DNA from: a virus
Lineage: Duplodnaviria > Caudoviricetes
Reading direction: 5' to 3' (one strand)
DNA length: 43,486 bases
Virus record (IMG/VR): IMGVR_UViG_3300035105_000308
Coordinates: 1-43,486 of that record
The notes under the pieces were generated by a model that searched no databases, was not told the DNA's origin, and was given only the letters and a program-made list of their open reading frames with translations. How positions within the stretch are numbered: the first letter of the stretch is position 1; each line of letters begins with the position of its first letter. Below are positions 8,373 to 17,422 of this stretch, piece after piece. The position numbers and the translations under genes are program-made.

Positions 8373-9459
8373 GACCAAAGTACAGGCCGAAAATAAAGAG
8401 GAGGGAAGAGAGGATATGATTGCAAAAAAGTATTTAATTACAGGTATCACGGGTTTCGCGGGTCCTCACCTGGCGAAGCTCTTACTGCGGGAAGGGCACA
8501 TCGTCTATGGCCTTATTAGGGGCTCCAACGGCCGGGAGAACGACCTTCTGGACATCCTCTCCCCGGACGAGCTTTCACAGATCAGGTGGGTTTATGGCGA
8601 TCTTACGGATATATTCTCGCTTGAGGAGGCTTTCGCTCATGAGCAGTACGACGGTGTTTTTCATCTTGCTGCGCAGAGCCACCCGCCGACAAGCTTTACA
8701 AACCCGGTCCTCACGTATCAGGCGAACGTCATGGGCACGGTTAACCTTATAAAGGTTATTGAAGAGTATCAGCTCGATTGTCATTTTATGTTTTGCTCCA
8801 CGTCGGAGGTTTATGGGGACGCCTGCAAGGACGTGGGGATCCTCACCGAGGATCTTCCACTTACGCCGTCAAACCCCTATGGGGCCAGCAAGGCTGCTAT
8901 GGACCTATATGTCCGCGAAAGGTGTAAAAACAAGAAGATCAAGGGCTTTATAACCCGGGCGTTTTCTCATACGGGCCCGCGTCGGGGTCATACATTCTCG
9001 ATATCCTGTGATGCTTATAACCTTATCCTGGCAAAGCTCCAAATGGAGAAGGCTCAGCGTTACGGTAACGTTACGCTTAAGGTGGGGAACCTTGAAACGA
9101 AGAGGATCGTCGTGGATGTGAGGGATATGGTCCGGGCGTACTATCTGCTTATGCAGAACTACGAAAACGGCGAGTCTTATAACATCTGTGGTCCTGCCGA
9201 TTCTGTTCAGAGAATGGGCTTTTTTACGGACGAGCTCATCCGGATTGCGGAGGCTTTCAACGTGAAGAAGGAGGTGGATCCGAGGTATTTCCGAGAGATA
9301 GATATTCACGTGCAGATCGGCAGCACAGAGAAGCTTTTAAGCCGTATTGACTGGGAGCCTGTAATCACGATAGAGCAGACCTTGCGGGACTTGCTGGAGT
9401 ATTGGGAGGTTAAACTCAGGAAAAAAGACGCGTCTATGACGTTTTCGGAAGGAGTGTAA
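8347..9459 (+). CDS. NDP-sugar dehydratase/reductase (GDP-mannose 4,6-dehydratase/Rmd-like SDR)
   Basis: LITGITGFAG, HLAAQSH, STSEVYG, PYGASK; true start may be 8416. Confidence 0.88.
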   Translation: MEAVLTKPETKVQAENKEEGREDMIAKKYLITGITGFAGPHLAKLLLREGHIVYGLIRGSNGRENDLLDILSPDELSQIRWVYGDLTDIFSLEEAFAHEQYDGVFHLAAQSHPPTSFTNPVLTYQANVMGTVNLIKVIEEYQLDCHFMFCSTSEVYGDACKDVGILTEDLPLTPSNPYGASKAAMDLYVRERCKNKKIKGFITRAFSHTGPRRGHTFSISCDAYNLILAKLQMEKAQRYGNVTLKVGNLETKRIVVDVRDMVRAYYLLMQNYENGESYNICGPADSVQRMGFFTDELIRIAEAFNVKKEVDPRYFREIDIHVQIGSTEKLLSRIDWEPVITIEQTLRDLLEYWEVKLRKKDASMTFSEGV

Positions 9460-11513
9460 TGGTTGCCGTGAAAAACGAAGAAAAGACGAAAATCGTCATA
9501 TTCGGGTACGCCGGGTTCGGGGATTGTATCTATCAGTTTCCTTTCGTCCGGGAGGCCAGCAAGCAGTATAAAGAGGTTTATCTATACACGCCGTTTCCGT
9601 TTCTGTACGAATCTTTGCCGAACGTGAAGTTCATCCCGCTGGAGACCAAGCTTGCGACCTGCGCGGAGACAATGAGCAAGTATGAAGAGTCGTTCTGGCA
9701 TGACGAGCCGGGATCCGGGTACGATACTGACCGTGTCCGTTTCAACTATCACGACGGCATGAAAGCCGGCCGGGGCATGATCGAGTGTTGGGACCAGGCC
9801 ATACCTATCCCGGGCAAAAAGATTGATTTCCAGATACCTCTACGTCCGGAATGGCTGAAAGAGGCAGGAGATATCATCCGGCGTATTGGCGCAAAGAAGA
9901 AGGTATGCCTTATAAAGCCACCCGGATATCGCAAAGAATGGCCGAATACCGCACGCATACCAAAACCCGAGTATTTTCAGCACCTTATCGACGCTTACCA
10001 GGATGAGTATTACTTCATATCCATAGGGAACCGGAACCATGAGAAATACGTCGGCAAGCTCCGGGGGATAGATTACCGGTTTGATTTTGGGGAACTGTCC
10101 TTGACCACGATCTTGGGTCTTACGGCCTTGTCGGATATGGTGATTGCTTATATCAGTATGCTGTTCGCGTGTGCCGTGGCTACCGGGACGAAGGCATTTT
10201 GTCTTTTTGGGGGATATTCTCCGTCGGAGCTCTGGATCGATACCGAGAGAATGCCGATGGACCGTATCGGCTACCTGGGCCCGGACGATCCTTGCTCATG
10301 TCTTGATATTCGGCATAACTGTAACCGTGATCTTGACCTTGAAAAGCTCGATAAAAGGTTCGGGGAGCTACATAACCGTCAAATAGGCTCTAAAACGGCC
10401 GTAAATGTGCCCAGAATAGGCAATAAGAAGCAAAACATGCTCATCTGCAGGGTAAGAGCCGAAAGAGCTGCAAAGATCGCTCAAAACCCCTATATACGCG
10501 ATAATTTCAACGTTTTTACGGTAGATCACGACACCGTCACGTCATATCTGGAGCATACCGGCGTTTTCGCGCGTTGTTACACTTACCCGGCTCTGGATAA
10601 TCCTACCTTATCGCTTTATTCCGAGCGCCAGGAGAAGAACACTCGGCAGATGATCGACGAGATCCTGGACTCCCATAAAATCGAGCTGGTTATAAACGCT
10701 CAGAGGTTGCATCCGTACGCGAACTGGATGGATGAGGCGTGCAAAGAAAGAGGGATCAGGCGGATTTATGCCGAGAGTTTTTTTGACGAACGCATGATAT
10801 TTGACTGGACCGGGCTCCAGTATGACTTCCCGAACGATATATCCCGGTTTATTGATCTCGTTCCGGCGAGCGAATCTCCGGTCCTGCCGTACGGGACGCG
10901 TGAAAATCAGCCACCATTCATTTCGAAGAAGGCGCTTTTGGAGAAATACGGCACGACAGAAAAGACAAAGACGATCGTTGTCTTGGGCCAGCTTTTATGG
11001 GATATGAGCATTAAAAAAGCACCGTTTCCATGCACGGGCGGGTACGTGGAATGGCTTGCGTCGATATTTAACCTCAATCCGGACACTATGTTCCTTTTCA
11101 AGATGCACCCGCGGTACAGGCGTGTGATTTCCGAGGAGATGGAGTTTTTGATGTCCTTCCCGAACGTTCAGCTCATCGAGGAGAGCCTGGATTCCCTGTT
11201 TGAGGCTTATGACTTCTTCCTGGCATATTCGTCCACGACAATATTTGAGGGGCTCATCAAGAACAAGGTATTCGCTACCGGGGGATATCATCTCTGCGGG
11301 AATGATTTCATAACGTATCAGATAAAGAATAACCGTCAAAAAGAGGATCTACACACGAAAATGCGGGCGTTTTCAATAGATCCGGATGTCCGTCACAGGT
11401 ATTTAAGTTTTATTTGCAACTATTACGCGGTTCCGCTCGGCTCGAAGAGGCTATATGACAAGCTGACGCTGGATCCGCATGACTATTACTCGGGGGTGGA
11501 AAATTGTGGATAA
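9459..11513 (+). CDS. Two-domain glycosyltransferase (GT9-like plus KpsS/KpsC-like)
   Basis: N-terminal GFGD..Y.FP and later SDMVIA...A.A.GTK...LFG; C-terminal VLGQ...D.SI, FKMHP, SSTTIFEGLIKNK. Confidence 0.65.
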   Translation: MVAVKNEEKTKIVIFGYAGFGDCIYQFPFVREASKQYKEVYLYTPFPFLYESLPNVKFIPLETKLATCAETMSKYEESFWHDEPGSGYDTDRVRFNYHDGMKAGRGMIECWDQAIPIPGKKIDFQIPLRPEWLKEAGDIIRRIGAKKKVCLIKPPGYRKEWPNTARIPKPEYFQHLIDAYQDEYYFISIGNRNHEKYVGKLRGIDYRFDFGELSLTTILGLTALSDMVIAYISMLFACAVATGTKAFCLFGGYSPSELWIDTERMPMDRIGYLGPDDPCSCLDIRHNCNRDLDLEKLDKRFGELHNRQIGSKTAVNVPRIGNKKQNMLICRVRAERAAKIAQNPYIRDNFNVFTVDHDTVTSYLEHTGVFARCYTYPALDNPTLSLYSERQEKNTRQMIDEILDSHKIELVINAQRLHPYANWMDEACKERGIRRIYAESFFDERMIFDWTGLQYDFPNDISRFIDLVPASESPVLPYGTRENQPPFISKKALLEKYGTTEKTKTIVVLGQLLWDMSIKKAPFPCTGGYVEWLASIFNLNPDTMFLFKMHPRYRRVISEEMEFLMSFPNVQLIEESLDSLFEAYDFFLAYSSTTIFEGLIKNKVFATGGYHLCGNDFITYQIKNNRQKEDLHTKMRAFSIDPDVRHRYLSFICNYYAVPLGSKRLYDKLTLDPHDYYSGVENCG

Positions 11514-12661
11514 TACCGAAAAATCACAAGCTGTACTCAGCTTTTGCTCAGGATATGGTGGAATTGAGCTCGGACTTGAGCTTGCCGGAGTTAATGTTAG
11601 ACCAGTCGCTTATGTGGAGATCGAAGCCTTCGCAATTGCGAACTTGGTTGCAAAGATGGAACAGGGTTTATTGGTTCCGACACCTGTGTGGACGAATCTT
11701 AAAATCTTCCCATTGGAAAAATTTCGAGGAAAAGTTGACGGCATCACTGGAGGATATCCTTGTCAGCCCTTCAGCCACGCCGGAAAACGCAAGGGGGGGG
11801 GCGATCCCAGACACCTGTGGCCCTTTATGCGAGAAGCAGTTGTCGTTCTTCGACCACGATGGGTGTTTTTCGAAAACGTCGAAGGACACATTTCGCTGGG
11901 ACTCTCCACGGTCATCTCAGATCTGGAAGAAATTGGTTACAAAACGACGTGGGGAATATTCTCAGCGCAAGAAGTCGGCGCACCTCACCAGAGAAAACGA
12001 GTTTTTATCTTGGGCTACTCCGAATGCGTCAGCAAGGTCGGGAAAAAACCCGAATACGGGGAAAGGGGAAGGGCTTTATTATCAGGTCAGGGAAAGCCAG
12101 CGGAATTGGCCAACAACAACAACAACAACAGATGCTTATACGGACAAAATGACGAGCAGCCAACAGAAAGAAGGGAGTATGCACAGTGTGACGCTACCTC
12201 AGGCGGTACAAAAGAATTGGGGAACACCTCGAGAAGCGATGAGCAGGGACAGGGACAGCGGAAAGCACAAACTCGGGGAGATGGTGCAGGACCCAAAGAA
12301 CTGGCCGACGGCGAGCAGTCGGGATTGGAAGGATACTCCGGGGATGAGCAAAGATCGGCCCGACAGGAAGTCAGGGAGAGTGGATCAGCTACCGAGAGCC
12401 GTATACCATTATGGCCGGCAAGACCAGGAGAAGAACAACACGGATGGGAAGAGCCGAGGGTCGTGGCCGACACCAAACAGCCCCAGCGGAGGAGCAAAGG
12501 CGGACGGGACTGCCCCACAGGGGATGAACGGCGGGAAGGGACACAGAGAGATGCTCAGGACAGTGTTTCAGCCGGGGGCGAAGCTGAATCCTCGGTGGGT
12601 AGAGCAATTAATGGGATTACCAGTCGGGTGGACGAACTTAGGCTCTTGGGGAACGGAGTAG
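11504..12661 (+). CDS. Overlapping-frame beta-type polypeptide of the C5 methyltransferase (repeats plus motif IX)
   Basis: 385-codon ORF overlapping the MTase in another frame; five W-x-T repeats; LNPRWVEQLMGLPVGWT motif IX-like end. Confidence 0.7.
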   Translation: MWIIPKNHKLYSAFAQDMVELSSDLSLPELMLDQSLMWRSKPSQLRTWLQRWNRVYWFRHLCGRILKSSHWKNFEEKLTASLEDILVSPSATPENARGGAIPDTCGPLCEKQLSFFDHDGCFSKTSKDTFRWDSPRSSQIWKKLVTKRRGEYSQRKKSAHLTRENEFLSWATPNASARSGKNPNTGKGEGLYYQVRESQRNWPTTTTTTDAYTDKMTSSQQKEGSMHSVTLPQAVQKNWGTPREAMSRDRDSGKHKLGEMVQDPKNWPTASSRDWKDTPGMSKDRPDRKSGRVDQLPRAVYHYGRQDQEKNNTDGKSRGSWPTPNSPSGGAKADGTAPQGMNGGKGHREMLRTVFQPGAKLNPRWVEQLMGLPVGWTNLGSWGTE

Positions 12662-12735
12662 TTCCACAGACAGCGTGTAAGGCGTGGATTACGCTTAACA
12701 ATCAATTGAAGGAGGAATCATGCCAGACAAAATAA
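11506..12735 (+). CDS. C5-cytosine DNA methyltransferase, alpha-type polypeptide (motifs I-VIII and X)
   Basis: FCSGYGG, GGYPCQPFS, ENV, HQRKRVF, LGNGVVP; start GTG 11506 (alternatively ATG 11479). Confidence 0.88.
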   Translation: MDNTEKSQAVLSFCSGYGGIELGLELAGVNVRPVAYVEIEAFAIANLVAKMEQGLLVPTPVWTNLKIFPLEKFRGKVDGITGGYPCQPFSHAGKRKGGGDPRHLWPFMREAVVVLRPRWVFFENVEGHISLGLSTVISDLEEIGYKTTWGIFSAQEVGAPHQRKRVFILGYSECVSKVGKKPEYGERGRALLSGQGKPAELANNNNNNRCLYGQNDEQPTERREYAQCDATSGGTKELGNTSRSDEQGQGQRKAQTRGDGAGPKELADGEQSGLEGYSGDEQRSARQEVRESGSATESRIPLWPARPGEEQHGWEEPRVVADTKQPQRRSKGGRDCPTGDERREGTQRDAQDSVSAGGEAESSVGRAINGITSRVDELRLLGNGVVPQTACKAWITLNNQLKEESCQTK

Positions 12736-12941
12736 AAACACGTATTTGCCGATCTTGCGGAGCTGACATTGTATGGATGAAAACCGTTAATGGGAAGTCT
12801 ATACCGGTGGACGCCGAAACCGTTCACGATTCAGGAGCAGAGCTTTTCGATTCAAATTTCCATGTGTCGCATTTCGCGACGTGCCCGGACGCGGATAAAT
12901 TCAGGAAAAAGAAGGAGGAGGGAAAAGGTGGATCTAACTAA
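12720..12941 (+). CDS. Small Zn-binding phage protein
   Basis: CRSCGADIVW...SHFATCP; RBS GGAGG. Confidence 0.7.
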   Translation: MPDKIKTRICRSCGADIVWMKTVNGKSIPVDAETVHDSGAELFDSNFHVSHFATCPDADKFRKKKEEGKGGSN

Positions 12942-13101
12942 GCACATAACCATTATGGAGGGTCTGTCGTTACAGGTCAAATGCGTTAACTCGAAGGGGG
13001 AGTATAGCGTATATAGCGCTGAAATAGGCAAGGGAGCGGTCGCAGGCGATGGTCTTGATTTCTTTTTGGCAGAGACCACCGGGGTTGAGGTAGACGATTA
13101 A
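12928..13101 (+). CDS. Hypothetical protein
   Basis: GTG start after GGAGG; fills the operon gap. Confidence 0.4.
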   Translation: MDLTKHITIMEGLSLQVKCVNSKGEYSVYSAEIGKGAVAGDGLDFFLAETTGVEVDD

Positions 13102-13127
13102 GTTACAGGCAGGGAGAATAATGTTTT

Positions 13128-13640
13128 ATGGCATTACAGAATCCGTGGAAGAAATACTCGAAGGTTAATCCTCAGAGGGAGAAAGGTAACCGTCAGATAT
13201 CGACTGAGCTCTTGTTAGCCTTGATACGGGCCAAGCTGAGCGATGTTGAGTATCAGATAGTGTTCTTTATCATCCATAAAACTTGGGGCTTTCAGAAGAT
13301 GTCCGATGCTATCCCGGCGAAGCAGTTTATGGAGGCCTGTGATCGATCGGAGAGGTGTATCCGGGAGAATACCGGGAAGCTGGAAAAGAAGAAAATCATC
13401 TATTCGAGGAACTCAGAAAGGGTGCACCGTGGTTCACCCATAAAGGAGTATATGTTCAATAAGCATTACGATACTTGGTTTGGAGGATCTGTTGATGAGC
13501 TACTTTCGTCCTGTGGAAAACTTGTTGATAACCCTGTGGATAACTCAAAGAAAGGGTGCACGGAGACGTATGAAAAGGGTGCACGGAGACGTATGAAAAG
13601 GGTGCACGGTCGTTCACCCTCAATAGATACTATTCAATAG
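13128..13640 (+). CDS. Phage replication initiator (lambda O-like N-terminal domain)
   Basis: G..QI..ELL.AL....LS..EYQIVFFI.HKTWGFQK..D.I motif; iteron-like repeats in the 3' end. Confidence 0.75.
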   Translation: MALQNPWKKYSKVNPQREKGNRQISTELLLALIRAKLSDVEYQIVFFIIHKTWGFQKMSDAIPAKQFMEACDRSERCIRENTGKLEKKKIIYSRNSERVHRGSPIKEYMFNKHYDTWFGGSVDELLSSCGKLVDNPVDNSKKGCTETYEKGARRRMKRVHGRSPSIDTIQ

Positions 13641-13730
13641 ATACTATTCAATAGAAGAAAGCGATCTAAAGATCGCACTGCTACTGTAAAAAGATTTTTT
13701 TAAAAAAGGGAAAAAACAAAAAACAGAAAA
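13512..13730. repeat. Probable phage replication origin
   Basis: DnaA-like boxes TGTGGAAAA 13512, TGTTGATAA 13523, TGTGGATAA 13535; 23-bp repeats 13551-13619; 14-bp repeats 13620-13655; A/T-rich tract. Confidence 0.7.
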
Positions 13731-13744
13731 ACGGGGAGCAAACA

Positions 13745-14026
13745 ATGACAGGGAGGAACAGAATGCAAAAGTATTTCGATGGAGATAATAATGGAAAGAA
13801 GGAATCCATTAAGTATGATCAGGAGAAACTACAGAAGCTTATGGTGCGTTTAGCAGAGATTGGTGACGAGTTATACGACATCCTTGATCCTGGTCTTACC
13901 GTAGAGCTTAATCTTCCTACAAAGGAAACAATCCTTTTACCAAACAAGAGACCGGAACTTCGTCAGCTTTTAATAACAAGACCTTACGGTCATCTTAAGA
14001 TCACCGTTCCTAAGGGGGAAGTGTGA
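13745..14026 (+). CDS. Hypothetical protein
   Basis: ORF with RBS. Confidence 0.5.
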   Translation: MTGRNRMQKYFDGDNNGKKESIKYDQEKLQKLMVRLAEIGDELYDILDPGLTVELNLPTKETILLPNKRPELRQLLITRPYGHLKITVPKGEV

Positions 14027-14295
14027 GAAATAAAACAAAGGAGAGTACGATGGATAAGCACAGACCTACCCGCGTCGCTGCGGAGGATGTGCGAGGGGAC
14101 GCTCGGTTTAAAGTGATAGACACAAAGACAGGTGATGTGGTGAGGAATGCCTTTGTTCTATTACCAGAGGTTGATTCTGCTGCCCGGACGGCGTTGGCAA
14201 CGTACGGAGAAGCCACGAGGAATGTAAAGGTTGCCAGATATATTCGTCGTATGCTGCACGGGATCCATAATGTCCGGGCTGAAAGGAGGGAGTAA
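14023..14295 (+). CDS. Hypothetical protein
   Basis: ORF coupled to its neighbours (alternative start 14049-14052 region). Confidence 0.55.
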   Translation: MRNKTKESTMDKHRPTRVAAEDVRGDARFKVIDTKTGDVVRNAFVLLPEVDSAARTALATYGEATRNVKVARYIRRMLHGIHNVRAERRE

Positions 14296-14296
14296 T

Positions 14297-14881
14297 ATGG
14301 ATAGAAATTGGCAAGAAAAGGTTTCACAGATACAAGAAAACGAAAGGAAAAAATACAAACACCAAGCATCTAAGTGGGGGAAAAAAGTTGATTCTTTGGT
14401 TTCGTCTTGGAATCTATGGATTTACAAATTGAACTACATAAAGCCAAAATATGTTTCAGCAAGAAAAAACACTTGCTGGGAAGATTGTTTTGTCTACTCA
14501 ATTTATAGGTGGAATCAAAAACTAAGAATGCAGGGATGGACAAAAAAAATAGATTCAATAAGAAGAAACGCTCAAGAGGTTTTTAAAAGAACAAAAGGAG
14601 GGATGAGAGACATGGAAGAAACAAAAACAATTCAAAAAATAGGGACAAGAGATATTAAAGAGATGCTAAAAGAACAAAAATACCAGTGTGCATTAACGGG
14701 GAGAGAGTTAACGCCAGAGAACTGTTCTCTTGATCACATAGTTCCCCTGAGCAAAGGGGGATCACACTCTCCCGATAATGCTCAGCTTGTTGTAATGGAA
14801 GCCAACAAAGCTAAGGCTTCTTTGACAGAACAAGAGTTTTTAATTTTATGCAAAGACGTTGTGTCTTGGAAGAAAATATAA
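14297..14881 (+). CDS. HNH endonuclease
   Basis: CALTG...SLDHIVPLSKGGSH...N.QLV...AN.AK. Confidence 0.85.
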   Translation: MDRNWQEKVSQIQENERKKYKHQASKWGKKVDSLVSSWNLWIYKLNYIKPKYVSARKNTCWEDCFVYSIYRWNQKLRMQGWTKKIDSIRRNAQEVFKRTKGGMRDMEETKTIQKIGTRDIKEMLKEQKYQCALTGRELTPENCSLDHIVPLSKGGSHSPDNAQLVVMEANKAKASLTEQEFLILCKDVVSWKKI

Positions 14882-14931
14882 AGACAGGGGGGACAGTGGT
14901 GACACGGACGACATCGAATATATACGGGCTT

Positions 14932-14975
14932 GGGTCCTTCCGGGGCCTATCCCCCTCGCGGGTCGGGCGAGCGCG
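14932..14975 (+). other. Candidate lambda-type cos site
   Basis: cosQ-like GGGTCCT at 14932, then GGGTCGGGCGAG followed by CGCG, resembling lambda cosN; intergenic, upstream of the terminase genes. Confidence 0.55.
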
Positions 14976-15073
14976 TTTAATTTATGAGCATAAACTATTT
15001 TTTTGGCGTGTCGGTGTCGGGTTGCTCAACACCCTTGAAAACGTTAAAACACAGCAAAATAAGGGGGTATAGG

Positions 15074-16407
15074 ATGTCTAACCTTTCAATAAAACCCGAC
15101 ATACGCCGTCTGAGCGTGTCGGATATCAAGCCGGATCCACGAAACCCGCGAAAAATCTCCGAGGACGCCATGTCGGGGCTTACAAAAAGCCTGGAGAGAT
15201 TCGGTCTTGTGGACCTGATCGTGGTCAATTCGAAGAATATGCAGGTCGTGTCCGGACACCAAAGACTTAAGGTTGTAAAGAAATCCGGGGAGAAACACGT
15301 CTATTGTCTTATGGTGGATCTGGACGCCTCGGAGCAGAAGGCTCTGGCGGTGACGATGAATAACCCGGCGATCATGGGAGAGTTTACGCAGGGGATTATA
15401 GATATCCTGGACGAGATACGGAGCGAGGACGCTGATGCTTATTTGGAACTACGAATGAAAGAGCTCCGGGAGCAAGTCAACGATCTCGAGGTTGAAAAGA
15501 TAGGCAAGACGCAGGAGGACGATATTCCGGAAGCGCCGGAAAAGTCGCTGACCAAGAAAGGCGATATCTGGATTCTGGGAGATGAGGACACGGGGCATAG
15601 GTTAATGTGCGGATCCAGCCGAAGCCGTGAAGATATAAAAAGTTTGATGGGGGGGGCGTGGCGAAGCTATTTGCGTCTGATCCACCGTACCTTGTTGACT
15701 ATACTGGTGCTGCTCGTCCTAACGGCGGGAAGGATTGGTCGGAAAAATTCAAGGAGATAGACATCCTGGATCCGACAGAGTTTATGCGGGACTACCTGAC
15801 GCTGGGCCTGGAAGTGTGCGTGGAGAACGTGGCTATATACCAATGGTTTGCGTTTAAAAAGTATTCGATGATCGAGAAGGTCTGGCTGGAGCTCGGGCTT
15901 TTGGTCCATCAACAGATCGTGTGGGTGAAGCCGTGTTCGGTTTTGAGTTTTGCCATTTATCCCTGGAAGCACGAGCCGTGCCTGTTCGGGTGGAAGCAAG
16001 GGAACAAAGCGAAGTTTCGCGTGGGGCAGAAGTCTATCGGGACGACATGGGAGCTTGGGTTGGTCAGGTCCGGAGATCCAGAGGATCCTGAGCACTATTC
16101 GGATATCTGGCATTTGGACTGGGAGGGGAAGAAGCGCGGTAGCACGGTTGCGGATCACCCCACGGTCAAGCCGGTGGAATGTTTTGCTGTTCCGATGAGG
16201 GTGCATACGGATCCGGGTGATATATGTTTCGAACCGTTTTGCGGGTCAGGCTCACAGATAATAGCTGCGGAAAAGCTGGGACGCAGGTGTTTTGCTATGG
16301 AGCTTGAGACGCATTTTTGTGATGTGGCGGTTAAAAGATGGGAAGAGTATACGGGGCAGAAGGCGACGAGGATCCCGGCGAAGGGGGGTAAGGTATCAAA
16401 AAAATAG
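15074..16407 (+). pseudogene. ParB-N plus N6A/N4C DNA methyltransferase, frameshifted at G8 (15649-15656)
   Basis: ParB motifs NPRKI, VSGHQR; MTase motifs DPPY, HPTVKP, EPFCGSGS; one extra G fuses the frames as LMGGGVAKLFASDPPY. Confidence 0.85.
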
Positions 16408-16595
16408 CAAGGGTTTTCCCTACAAAAACAAAAATGAGTCCTAACGATCAAGACGCATACTTTGATGCGCCAGATATGTTTACGCCTGTATATGATGAGG
16501 TACATATGGCCTCGGAAGATCAAGGATATGCACTATGGTCATAAAACGCAAGTTAAGGACATCTTTGACCGAGTGAAGAAAAGGATCAGCAAATA

Positions 16596-17237
16596 GTGGC
16601 GAAAAAAAGAAAAACACAGACTAAGCGAAAGAAAAAAAAGGAGAAGAAACCAGAAAAGAAAAAACTGGATATTCTCGAGGTTGCTAAAAAAAAGCGACAT
16701 CTTGCTCTTTTGGAAAAGGTGAACAGGGGTTCAGCGCTATCGGCGGGTGAGCTGAAAGAGCTCAAAAGGTTTCAGGGCGAGGATGAACTTCCGGCGGGCC
16801 AGGTTGATTCTATGGAAGCGGTTGCCCGGGCTTTTGGGGTCAGTTCCAGAACGGTAGAGCGCTGGGCGAAGGCCGGGATGCCTAAGTCCGAAGAGGGGGG
16901 GTATGACCTTATCGAGATACAGGCCTGGCGGACGCTTAGGGGATCGCAGCATAAAGACGACAGCGAAGATGAAAAGACGCAGTGGGATGTCAAGTATAGG
17001 CAGATGAAGGCTCTCATTGCAGAGATACAGTATAAAAAGCTGACTGGGGACCTTATCCCGCGGGAAGAGGTCGAGGCTACGATGATGAATAGGATCGTTG
17101 CTATTAAGAGGCAGTTTTTGGCTTTACCAAAGCGGGTTGCTCCGCAGCTCGAAGGGTTGGAGGTGATCGAGCGCGAAGAGCTGTTAATGGACAGGCTTAA
17201 AGAGATCATACAGGGTTTTGCCGATGGGAGGTATTGA
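16596..17237 (+). CDS. Terminase small subunit (Nu1-like)
   Basis: HTH VARAFGVSSRTVERWAKAGMP...YDL; G.LI and LALP motifs; precedes the large subunit. Confidence 0.8.
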   Translation: MAKKRKTQTKRKKKKEKKPEKKKLDILEVAKKKRHLALLEKVNRGSALSAGELKELKRFQGEDELPAGQVDSMEAVARAFGVSSRTVERWAKAGMPKSEEGGYDLIEIQAWRTLRGSQHKDDSEDEKTQWDVKYRQMKALIAEIQYKKLTGDLIPREEVEATMMNRIVAIKRQFLALPKRVAPQLEGLEVIEREELLMDRLKEIIQGFADGRY

Positions 17238-17422
17238 TGAAAAATAAAGCACGGGTTGAGACGGATGTGGCCACAGGGGATTATATAATTTTAAACACAA
17301 AAGGCGTCAAGGATATCGTCGGAGACCATGTCGAGCCGAATCAATATCCGAATAGATATAAAATTGAGATTGACGAGTTTGGGGCTCCGATAGTCACGAA
17401 AGTATTGAGGTGCTATGGATAA
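17234..17422 (+). CDS. Hypothetical protein
   Basis: Coupled between the terminase genes; RBS GGAGG. Confidence 0.5.
   Translation: MMKNKARVETDVATGDYIILNTKGVKDIVGDHVEPNQYPNRYKIEIDEFGAPIVTKVLRCYG

Noticed and set aside
11793-11801. G9 tract as a phase-variation switch in the C5 MTase
   Set aside because: Both frames are intact and RKGGGDPR keeps the normal spacing; there is no evidence of variation
13551-13655. Mini CRISPR array
   Set aside because: Repeats are contiguous with no spacers; better explained as origin iterons
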